From Paramicrosporidium saccamoebae KSL3 (Eukaryota > Fungi > Cryptomycota): 32,000 nucleotides of DNA. The position numbers and the translations under genes were made by a program. Shown here one piece after another: positions 9,565-19,875 of this stretch (positions are counted from its first letter, which is position 1; each line of letters opens with the position of its first letter). The stretch covers positions 64,375-96,374 of the forward strand of contig MTSL01000117.1 in NCBI GenBank assembly GCA_002794465.1. Direction: 5' to 3'. Under the pieces are notes generated by a model that was not told where the DNA came from, did no database searches, and was given only the letters and a program-made list of their open reading frames with translations.

Positions 9565-10660
9565 ATGAGCGAGGTCAACTTGGATGAGTATCGAGACGTG
9601 GATTTGCTTTTCCGAAAGAATCATGTTGGCTCTATCGAGCGGATGGTGCGCAAGCTGGAGTAACTTGCAAGTAAGAGTTTTGACAAATAGGGAAGAACGA
9701 AAGCAACTACGGCGTGACTTGAACAATCTTGTCGGGTAGACACCATTATATTTAATTTGTAGACAGAACTATGTCAAGATTCTAGAAGCCTCCTCTGCGG
9801 TAGATATGATGAGGGAGGCAGCCTCGGGGATTGACGAGCTACTGGCAACTTTGGATATTACCGTGGAAGCCGCCGAGGAGACGCCCATTGAGGCGTGCAA
9901 TGTAGAGAGTGATGGTTCTTACGAGGAGTATCGACAGATGTGGATCGAAATGCAAGATTCATGCTATTTAAAGGCCACTGAGATTATACAAAAGCTGTCA
10001 AAGGATGAAAAATTGGCAGAAGAGATTAGTCGGGCTCGTCGCATACTGTTGAAATTGTGTGAACGATGTATGCGGGACAGCAAGTCAGACGTAAAGTCTC
10101 TTGTGGAAGCAGTCAAAGCGATTGCACTCCTTGACAGCACCCAGCCCGCCACTGTATTTTACAGTGCCATTAGTTTAAACCCCGAATGTGACAATCTAGT
10201 CCTCGCAAACGGCATCCAGCGGATCCACGATTGTTGTTTAGCGCTGGACGTCCCAGCCGACTCGTTTCTGGATAGTGTCCTCTCCAAATTGAGTCTTGAG
10301 GGAGAAAAAGCACTCGGAGTGGCGATCAATCTTTATTCAAAGAACGACCATTCTCTGATAAAATCCATTGCGAGTCGGCTATTCAATCAGTGGGTGCAGC
10401 TGCTGCCCATGGAGGCAACCCTCTTGGACCTCTTTGTAATCAGCAAAATCCTCACAAGTGCCTCTGAATCGGCTTTGCCCTCGGAATGGATCTCTGTCAT
10501 CAAAGAAAAGCTGCCTATCCCGGTGCCATCAGAGTGTGGCCTATTAGTAGCGCCATTATTCGGCTGTCCAAGTGACACCCCACAGACAGATGCAGACGCT
10601 ATGGAGAAATTGTTCGTACCGATGGGACTGCCTCGAGTTCTTAAATTGCCCCTCTCCTAA
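9565..10660 (+). CDS. Vps51-family tethering subunit, most like COG1, ~345 aa
   Basis: Exons 9565-9659, 9691-9735, 9763-10660; introns of 31 nt (GTAA..TAG) and 27 nt (GTAG..TAG). Spliced N-terminus DVDLLFRKNHVGSIERMVRKLEEERKQLRRDLNNLVGQNYVKILEASSAVDMMREAA matches the spacing of the COG1/Vps51 helix (LF-30 aa-VG..Y..L.EA....M). Confidence 0.7.
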
Positions 10661-10671
10661 TACAGTTTAAT

Positions 10672-11307
10672 ATGTTCTGGTCCTGGTTCTGGCTGTTTTT
10701 CAGCACTGCTGTGGGCTGGACACTTTTACACGATAAGCTTATCCAAATCACAGAGCTGTCCACTCTGCGACTTGTTTGTCTGGATTGTATAGACGCTCCC
10801 GCTACCATCCATCAGGGTAACGAGTACATAGGAACGTCCTCGCTTATTGCAACCAACGAAACACGCACCTCTCCAGATGCCGTGTGGCTTGCGGATTCGG
10901 GTGGTACCTTTACCACTGAAGTTGGCGTTGGTCAACTGCACGTCGCATCGGATAGCAAACAGCTATGGTACCGCCTGGATGGTGTAGTGTCGGTCCATGA
11001 GGCATGTACGGTGGATCGCTATGTAGTGCCACTGATATTGAGACGCTTTGTGGAAGCAGTGGACGCGTGTCGGCAGAGAGGGATGGAGCTCGCAAATGTG
11101 CATTATGGGGATCAGGAGGTCATAAAATATCAACTTTGGAAATGTCTGCCCAAGAATACACAACTTTGGATTGCTTCGTTCGATCTGATCAAAGTCGACA
11201 AGCGACCTTGCCAGTGGCTAAGCACCTTTCCAGGTGTCAATTCAGCCATCAGTGATTGCGAACTATTAGCTTATCCACTGTGCTACGACCATTCCCTACA
11301 ATTGTAA
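10672..11307 (+). CDS. Predicted secreted protein, 211 aa, possible degenerate kinase-like C-terminal half
   Basis: ATG-started ORF with signal peptide MFWSWFWLFFSTAVG; fills the space between COG1-like (11-bp gap) and CUE3 (3-bp gap). Confidence 0.7.
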   Translation: MFWSWFWLFFSTAVGWTLLHDKLIQITELSTLRLVCLDCIDAPATIHQGNEYIGTSSLIATNETRTSPDAVWLADSGGTFTTEVGVGQLHVASDSKQLWYRLDGVVSVHEACTVDRYVVPLILRRFVEAVDACRQRGMELANVHYGDQEVIKYQLWKCLPKNTQLWIASFDLIKVDKRPCQWLSTFPGVNSAISDCELLAYPLCYDHSLQL

Positions 11308-11310
11308 GGT

Positions 11311-12637
11311 TTATTCTCGATTCATTAACACAAAATCACTGATAACGGAATCTTTTCGGGGCTAAAAATTAAACAATAAATGCAGTGTACATTTCGTTCA
11401 AACATGAGAGCCCAACCTTCAATTTGTTCATGCGACATTTTCAGCCTGCCTTCAAGGGCCTTTCTTTCCTTTGAATTTCTAACTTGTGATGATCTACCAA
11501 AGATGGAGGGATTTTTAATATACTCCCGTAAAAGATCCTTTTCAATTCCCGCAATCCCATCGGCATTCTAAAAAAGATGATAAAACCAACTTTGCATACC
11601 TTGCGGAGGTTGATAGGGGCAGCGGAAGAGTCAAATGTATCGACATACTCATCCTCATCGTCTGTGACAGTCAGTAGTCGTTCCAGATTTTTCTTCACAA
11701 ACGACTTGTCATCCAACAAAACGCCCATATCGTCAGCGCGACGACCCGTCTCTGCCTCAATAGCATGCTTCACATCTCCATCATGGCGATCAAGCATTTT
11801 CTGTGCATCCTCAACGGCAAGCTTTGGGAACGCAGTTATCAAAGAGTCTACCTTTCCACGCTCGGTGAGTGCGTGATCTAGGTCAGACGCAAGGCCACGC
11901 AACGCAGAGCAGTCACTGGATGCAATCAGGTCAGGAATAAAGCCAAGCTCACCATCTTTTTGCAGAATCACATCCACCAGCTCTTTTGTATTTATCCTAT
12001 CCCAAAACGGGAGCTGACCCAGCAACCGATACGAGCCAACAGCGACGGAAATGTCAGTAATCTTTCCAACTGCCACAATAAGGCTGGCCAGTGTTTCTAC
12101 TCCAACTTCTTCCACAGTGAGCATTGCTGCTCCCATCATTGCCGATAATAGCATGAAATCCTCCGCCTCTACCTCTTCCATATTAATTGAGTCTAGCAAC
12201 TGCACAAATTGCGTTCTTGCCACTACCACTTTGAAAAGCGACCTAAACAAGGCATCCCATTCACATTCTGGTAGCCTCCCCGCAAATTCTATCCATTGTG
12301 GCAAGTCCACGGCCCGTAGTAGTGCGGGACAGGGAAGCATCCGGATAGCCAGACGCGCCGTCCGTACGAGCAGTTCAGAATGCAGTAGTGAAACGTAATC
12401 ACGCTTCCAGTCCTCTGATATTGATGGCACCTCGTGGAAGAGAGCAGAGCTGACAAAGAGGATAAGACTGGCTTGAATGGCGGGGTCATTGAGATGCTCC
12501 TTAAAGGGTGTGGCTTTTAAACGAAGAATAAAGGAGACTTGTTCGTTGAGCAAATGGAGTTGTGCAGAATATGCATCCTCATCGAATACACTGTCACTGG
12601 GATGATGAATAGGGTCTATCCCTCTGAATAAGAGCAT
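11311..12637 (-). CDS. CUE-domain protein Cue3/ASCC2 (ribosome quality control trigger), ~421 aa
   Basis: Exons 12637-11600, 11567-11391, 11361-11311; introns of 32 nt (GTAT..TAG) and 29 nt (GTAC..TAG). CUE domain LITAFPKLAVEDAQKMLDRHDGDVKHAI; DEYVDTFD; spliced C-terminus ..KMSHEQIEGWALMFERN|PRK matches the ASCC2/Cue3 EQIEGW motif. Confidence 0.8.
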
Positions 12638-12693
12638 TGACAAATAATACTTTTGTTATTAATCTTAAATTCCTCGGCCAGATCTCGAGTCTG

Positions 12694-15600
12694 TTATTGG
12701 ATTGATTCAAAGCTCGAGATGGGGGAATCGTCCTTACGTGGAATGGGGGAATCGTCTTTACGTGGGATAGGGGAATTATCTTTACGTGGGATGGGACGGG
12801 CATCCGGACCAAGCTCTAGCTTTGCCCTAAGAGATACTATCTCATACGGGGTAAAGTTGATTACCCACGATCCTGAAACTTCCTCAAGCAGTGTCGATTC
12901 ATCGCGTTCCAGTAGATCACACCGCCGCAATGAGGCAATCTTTATCAATTGATGCGGATGGAGAGTGGCAATGCCACGGCATCCACGCGGCTCATATGCG
13001 CGTATAATGACATCGCCCGAGTCGTCCTCGGCCAGCTTAATGGCCTCAATGGCCAGAGGAACGGATGTGCAAGCTTCGTGTTTGGGACGACGCCATTTGA
13101 ATTGAAGTACCGGCGAATTCAGCCATCGTTCGTCGTAGAGGGAAGGCGAGGCAGCTGTCCATAAGAGCGGGGCGTTGAACTTTACAGCTTCTTCGATTAC
13201 TCCGCCATTGCATGCATTTCCCTGATGGGGGAACAATGCGAAACGCATCACATGACCGCCCATGTCGCAATTGTCATCGGGCATTTTGGGGGCTCTCAAC
13301 AGCGACAGCTGCATTAACGAGTCTCTCACAGAGTATCCGTATTTGCAATCGTTCAGGAGAGAAACCCCATAAGTAGGCTCAGAGAGATCTGCAAAAGAAT
13401 GTCCGCAGACCTCAAAACGAGCCACGTCCCAGGAAGTGTTAAAATGAGTGGGACGAGTAACAGTGCCAAATGGACATTCAAATGTTGCAAAATCTGACTG
13501 CACGGCGATGGGGAAATCTACTTTTAGGATACGATGGCTCTCATGCCATTCGATACGACAGGTAAAATCCAATCTCTTTGAGAGACAGGAGAGTGAGATT
13601 GCTTGGGTGATTAGAGAGGTTGGAGAGATTTTGATGACACGGAGCAAAGATACTAACAATGGACCTTCCATCTCAATACTGAGTTGTACGTCCGAGCCCT
13701 GCGAGATACACCATCCCTTTTCTAAATGGTGCAGCTCCACATCCCAGGCATCCCAGTAGTGTGGCACATCCTCATACATCATGAACCGATTCCCAACTGC
13801 CCCGCTACTAATCACTTCTCGCTCCTGTTCTTTGTCAAAGAAACTGGTCACATGGCCAGTCTCGTCAATATGCACACGCACAAATTTGTTCTCCATAATG
13901 TAATGCTCTTTGTTGCGCATGATTCGGGCAGTGTCTGTGGTGGACACGGGAATGCGACTTTGAGCAAAGGATGCCATTGAGAAGCCATTGACACCCGCGA
14001 CAGCCAATACCCCATGTTGGGGACTGCTGTCACTGCCGTCCCACGGAACAGTAATCACCTCATCCCGGACATACGGAGTCGTGTTGAAAAAGACGATTCC
14101 ACGTCCCTCAGAGCCTGGATCTACCTTTACATCGCCAGCCCTCTCTCCACTCGTCAGCAATGGTTCCGTGTCTTTGGAAGGTGTCTGTGATGGAGGCCCA
14201 ACCTTGTTTCCGAACAAATTGTTCATGGCATCATCCCGGATTTTCGAAGTATTAAACTCGGCATTTTGATACAATTTGTCAGAGTCCTTGTAAACTGAAC
14301 AGATGGAGGATCCCGGAAGGACATCGTGGAATTGATTCAAAAGCACATCCTTCCATAGTGTCTCCAACTGGTCCGATGGGTATAGCTTTTTCAAGCTATT
14401 GCTAACCACACCATTAATGACAGAAAGCATCTCGGCCTCTCTCAGCAATCTCTCGCATCGTCGGTTATAGTATTTGGTACGCGCCTGACTAGTATATGTC
14501 CCACGATGAAGCTCAAAGTACAACTCACCTCGCCAACGTAAGAGATTATGCGATTCTTCCTGCAAACGTTTGAAGAAGGATAATGGCGTGTCGAAGCGTA
14601 CCTCAGGCATTCCAGGAATGCCACTCATGCGTTCCAAACGACTAATCATTGCTTCGGTAGGTCCGCCGCCACCATCACCATGGCCATACAGCAGCAATGC
14701 ATTTGAGCTGCGATCGACATCCTTGTGATTAATTTCCGATTGGATAATGTCACCAGAAGTCGCCGTGGATGTGTAGGTATTGGCGGGAGGAAAGTGGGCC
14801 AGGACAGTGCTACCGTCAATGCCCTCCCAAACAAACGAAGAGTGGGGAAACTTGTTAATGTTGTTCCAGCTCAACTTTTGCGTCACAAAGTACTTCATCC
14901 CAGCCTTGGACATGAGTTGGGGCAACTGCGCATTATAGCCAAACGTATCTACAAGTCAGCAGGACATATCGGCCTACCTGGCAGCCAGAATATCTCACTC
15001 AGGCCCCCAAAATGCTCCATCATGAACTTTTGTCCGTAGAGGAACTGTCGGACAAACGACTCTCCACACGGAAGATTGCCGTCCATTTCGACCCACGATC
15101 CGCCCACCGGTATGAATCTCCCTTCCTTCACGTGGTCCTGGATTTTACTAAACAAGTCGGGATAATCCTGTCGTAGCCAGTCAAATTGCTGCATTTGCGA
15201 CGCAGCAAAGATGAATTTCGGGTGCTTTTCCATAAGGGCGAGTTGAGAGGAAAAGCTGCGTGCCGTTTTTCTGTGGGTCTCTTCATATCTCCACAACCAG
15301 GCAGTGTCAATGTGACAATTACCGACAGCGGTAATTACCATGGGGGTGGTGTGGGCATTCTTGGGTCTAAGGAATGCGTCCGAAATCTCTTGGCACTTAT
15401 TGACAGACTCTTCCACGCTGCCCAAGTCGGGTCGGTTGAAGTGATTAATAATATCATTTGCGACAAATAAGGCTCTTTTTCCTCGTGGATCGTCTTTGCC
15501 AAATTTCTCTGCCATCCCGTGCAGAATTTGTAGGTCATAGTAAAGATTCAGTGCTTCGGGGTTAAAGTGACGCAGATCATACTCGGTTACTTTGTAGTAA

Positions 15601-16097
15601 CGGTCCTCGATTGGGGGCTTAATGCTGTGGCCTTCCGAATTCCCGAACATCCAATTGCAAGCCATTTCAATATAAAAGACTACCGGTCCCTTTTTCGCAT
15701 CTGTCACTAGGCGCATCTCAAAGTCAACGCGATCCTGTGCGGCTAAATGGTCGGCTGAGAGGCCGTGTACTGGCCTGCCATCCGCTGTCCAGACCATACC
15801 CTCCGCCTGGCTCTTCCAATGAAACCAAGCACCCTCCAGATCACCTTGCGCGGTAATCCGGAACCAATGGGTAGTCCAAGACGGTCCAAACTCTTCTTCC
15901 AGCGTCGTCGCTTTGTACTCTGCCTCCCGTGCCTCACAAAACGTGACTCGTCGATCACCAGGACTCCAGACCTCTATTGTCAAGTCTTCCTTCCAGCTCT
16001 GCTTCACCAACTGTCCAACAATGTTCATCTCGCGCATGTAGTCTTCGGAAATAAACCGTTCAAGGCGACCATAGTAGATATCCCACTGCTTCTGCAT
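12694..16097 (-). CDS. AMS1: Alpha-mannosidase, GH38 (Ams1/MAN2C1 type), ~1124 aa
   Basis: Exons 16097-14978 and 14948-12694; 29-nt intron 14977-14949 (GTAG..GCTGAC..TAG) restores FWLPDTFGY. Also HIDTAWLW, GGSWVEMD, GDGGGGP, ELYFELHRGTYTSQ, NQFHDVLPGS, WDAWD, ARFEVCGH. Confidence 0.96.
12719..12795 (-). repeat. 24-bp tandem repeat x3 encoding PIPRKD(N/D)S at the Ams1 C-terminus
   Basis: Units at 12719-12742, 12743-12766, 12767-12790. Confidence 0.9.
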
Positions 16098-16147
16098 CGT
16101 CGCCGATATGGCAATTTAGCAATTCGGGAAGGCCCTTGTTTACATCC

Positions 16148-17446
16148 ATGTTCCTTGTCAGACGCCATCTCCATGTCTCCCGTCCGCTACATAAACTAGT
16201 GCCATTCATGCTTGCGGACATTGGTGAGGGGATTACAGAGGTAGAAGTGCTGCAATGGTAGATTAGACTACAAGATTAAATGCTTAGGCATGTGCAGGAA
16301 GGAAATGTAGTCCGACAGTTTGACAAGATTGCAGAAGTGCAAAGTGACAAGGCCACTGTTGAGATTACCTCTCGTTTTGACGGAATAATCAAGAAATTGC
16401 ATTACGAAAAGGGAGCCACAGCCAAGGTGGGGCAGCCACTGGTGGATATTGACGTAGAGGGCGATGTCAAAGAGGATGGCAAAGGGGATGGCCGAATTGC
16501 AATGCCGGCTGCAAAACTGGCGGAGAAGCAAATCAGTAATCCAGTGCGGAACATTGAAGTACTTAAACATCCGCCTGTGGAGAATTTGACCATCAAAGCT
16601 ATGCCGGGTGTGCGCCATTTCGCCAAGACTAACGGCGTGGATATTGGAAAAGTGCGACCATCGGGCAAATCCGGTCAAATAACCAAAGAAGATGTCCAGA
16701 AATCCATGAACGTAGCTATAAGGGCAAATGTGGATGCTGCTGAATACGAGCTGGTGCCGTTGAATGCTTTCCAGAAAGCCATGGAACGCAGCATGAAGGC
16801 TGCTCTGAATATTCCACATTTCGGTTTCCACGACGAAATTCTATTAAATCGTCTTTCTGGGCTCCGTACGAGTCTACTTCCGTCAATTGAATTGCGATAT
16901 GGAGTAAAGGTGACTGTCATGTCCTTTTTTATCAAGGCGCTCTCGTTGGCTCTCACTGACTATCCAGTACTAAATTCGCACTTTGACGAACCAAATCATT
17001 CTCTAAAGCATTACAGAGCACACAATATTGGGGTAGCAGTTGACACGGCCCACGGTCTGGCAGTACCCGTGATCAAGAACGTCCAAGATCTCTCTGTCAT
17101 CGAGGTCGCGAGGGAGTTGTCGAGGCTAACAGAGGCAGCGCGGGAGAACCGACTCAGTCAGACAGAGTTAGGAGGCGGCACAATTACACTTTCGAACATT
17201 GGTAGTATCGGAGGCACCACTGCCAGTCCTATTATTGTAGCACCGCAGGTTTGTATTGTGGCGGTAGGAAGGACGCAGGTCCTGCCACGATTTGATGAGA
17301 ATATGCAGGTGACAGCAAACAAGGTGATGCCGATTTCGTGGAGTGCAGATCATCGAGTCATTGATGGGGCCACTGTTGCCCGTTTCTCTGCTCGATGGAG
17401 GAACATACTCGAAGACACTTCGACACTTCTTCTCCACCTCTACTAA
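16148..17446 (+). CDS. DBT: Branched-chain alpha-keto acid dehydrogenase E2 (dihydrolipoamide acyltransferase), ~422 aa
   Basis: Exons 16148-16257 and 16288-17446; 30-nt intron GTAG..TAG. Spliced start MFLVRRHLHVSRPLHK (presequence-like), FMLADIGEGITEVEVLQW|HV, lipoyl motif VQSDKATVEI, peripheral subunit-binding domain (AMPGVRHFA..SGKSGQITKEDV), catalytic SADHRVIDG. Confidence 0.93.
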
Positions 17447-17503
17447 GTAAAGTTGCTATTATACCAAGAGTACCGGCACTTGTAAATGCATGATCGTCAG
17501 TCT

Positions 17504-17575
17504 TCATAGATGCACAAGCGTTAGTCCTCATAGGTGAATAAGCGTTAGTCCTCATAGATGCATAAGCGTTAGTCC
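17504..17575. repeat. 24-bp tandem repeat x3 in the DBT-GTR1 convergent gap
   Basis: TCATAG(A/G)TG(C/A)A(C/T)AAGCGTTAGTCC at 17504, 17528, 17552. Confidence 0.9.
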
Positions 17576-17616
17576 TAATATGTCAATTTTTGACTGCTCA
17601 ATAAGCTCATGATCAC

Positions 17617-17699
17617 CTCATATTTACAGTATGAACTCCCGTATCTACATTATGATTAACACATGGTTACAATATAATCCTCTCATATTTACAGTATGA
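17617..17699. repeat. 18-bp direct repeat pair CTCATATTTACAGTATGA
   Basis: Identical copies at 17617-17634 and 17682-17699. Confidence 0.8.
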
Positions 17700-17710
17700 T
17701 CCCCATGCAT

Positions 17711-18743
17711 TTACAGCATATGAGGATCGACTTCTGGCTGCGCCTCGGAAACTGCAGTGAATACGGGCTTAAATCCGGCCACTTCTGCGGGCAGCTCCAA
17801 CATTCGTTGGGGAGTGACATGTGGGACTGTCAACATGAGGATGGCCTCATTGCAGAGTCGCTCCATAAGCAATCCTGTCCCATCACCCAACACGACCCTT
17901 AAGGAAACCATTCCTGCACTAAATTTGCCCGTCATCGTTCTCAATTGTTTCATCATGTTTGAAATCTTTTCAAATCGTCTTCCGTCTGGATGGTGACGTT
18001 TCGTCACATGGCCAATTGCCAGTAGAGTGACAGCCTCGAAAAGAATAGCCTCTTCGCCACGAGTCCGGTCGACGAAGCGAAGAAGCTCAGAGTGGAAAAG
18101 GGTCAGATTGGGGACGAGGGATGAAATGATGGAAGACCAGGCGCGATAGAGTGATTCGTCCCAGATGGAGGTAATGTGACAATGGGCAAGAGTGGGGAGA
18201 GCCCTTCTCTTCAAGTCGGATTCACGATCGCGCAACAATGTGCTGGGGGAGCCGGAAAGCAGGTCCGATTTGTGGAAGAGCACAAAGAGCTTGGCCTCGG
18301 GTGAATACGTCCTCAGAGCAGACATGCAGCCATCAAATTGGGACATGCCCTCAGTCGATTCAGAGGTCACGTCAAATGCATACACCAGGACTGCGACATT
18401 ACTGAACAATTCCGAGGATTGGCTGTTAAGATATTCGTCCATAAACTTGTCCTGACTACCCATTATGTCAGTCCCTTGTTGTACCCTCCACAGTCCCACA
18501 GATAGAGTTGTACCGAACCAAGAATTGTCACTGGCTGTCGCTCCACTTTCACTATAAAATTTGGCAAGTTATCCATCAAATACTGGTCGGAGGTAATTTC
18601 CAGCAATCACGGACGTAATAGTCTGAGAATATGACTGACCGCATGGAAGTCTTTCCACTCCCACTTTTTCCCATCAGCAACACCTACAGGAAATACAAAG
18701 GGGAGGAGGGTTTCAGTACTTTTCTTTCTGTCATTGCCACCAT
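17711..18743 (-). CDS. GTR1: Rag GTPase Gtr1/RagA, ~311 aa
   Basis: Exons 18743(or 18734)-18720, 18683-18584, 18551-18485, 18455-17711; introns of 36, 32 and 29 nt. Splicing restores RK|[19 protein letters not shown] and LYLWDCGG|QDKFM; also HKSDL and [13 protein letters not shown]. Confidence 0.93.
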
Positions 18744-18779
18744 CACCCAGCCAAACCCCTCCCGCGGCCAGGGAGCAGA

Positions 18780-19850
18780 ATGGGAATCCTATGGTCACGC
18801 TCCCACTCGGATGACTACGAACGTATCCTATCCGACCTGACTACACGCATTGCCGAACTCGAGTCTCTGGTTGCTGACACGCGACATCGCTCCCGTCGTT
18901 GGTCCTTGTTCATCATATCCTATGGCACATTATTATATGTGCTGCATGCGATATATGTGTTTCTGTACCCGCGGGGTCCACCAACAGTGGCATATAGACC
19001 GTTGTTGGATGCAGTGGGACTAGTGATGGAGCCCGTTTTTGTTATTTATGCGAGGAGACTGGTAGTTTGGCTGTATTCCCGAAAGATTCATAATCTGGAA
19101 GCAACGTTGAGGTCGCTGCGAGCAAAGCAAAAATTAAAGGTTGTGCATGGCAATAGAGTTGATTTGTTAGGTGGAAGAGTTGAAAAAGGCAACTTCATAT
19201 TACAAGACAAAGGGCCTGGTGGAACGTTTTGAAATTGCCTCCGATGAAGGGGCGCCTATGAATTCCGAACCTATGCAGCCCGCCCCAAAACCTACAGTTG
19301 AAACGACAGAGCAGCAGCCATTATCGCCACCGCCAGCATCGCCTCCCCCGCCTCCACCCGCAGCCGCCCCCACTCCACTGACATGGCTTGATCGACTAGT
19401 TGATGCCATCATTGGCGACGATCGAAGCACGCGTTATGCTCTAATCTGTCCACGTTGCTTCTCTCACAACGGACTCGCTCGACCTGAAGAGTTTGAAATA
19501 CTCCGTACCCACAATATTCCTACTCATTTGTAGAATACGTCTGTCCACATTGTCACCATATGATCCTTCCTAGGAAAGAGTTGGGGAATGTAGCCAGCAA
19601 GGCGTCAAGTTCCGAATCCATCGCCAATGAGCCCATTTCCAACGAACCCATCTCCAATGGGTCCACCTCCAATGGGTCCATCTCTAATGGGTCCGCCTCC
19701 AACGAGTCCGCCCCCAAGCAGGACATCCCCAACGAGGCTGCTCAGGTTACTCCCAAACAGCCCAGCAGGACGGTACGTAGAAGGGGACGTCGAAAATCAC
19801 CGTCACCATCTCCGAAATCATCAGCTGCACTATCAGACTCGGATCAATAA
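18780..19850 (+). CDS. LNP1: ER junction protein Lunapark, ~336 aa
   Basis: Exons 18780-19139, 19171-19504, 19534-19850; introns of 31 nt (GTTG..TAG) and 29 nt (GTAC..TAG). MG start (myristoylation site), two TM segments, K|VEELKKATSYYKT, zinc ribbon RYALICPRCFSHNGLA...YVCPHC. Confidence 0.92.
19617..19706 (+). repeat. 15-bp tandem repeat x6 in the Lunapark tail (SIANE/PISNE/PISNG/STSNG/SISNG/SASNE)
   Basis: (T/C)CCA(T/C)(C/T)TCCAA(T/C)G(G/A)G-type units from 19617. Confidence 0.85.
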
Positions 19851-19875
19851 AGTTGTATACAACCAAAATCTGTTG

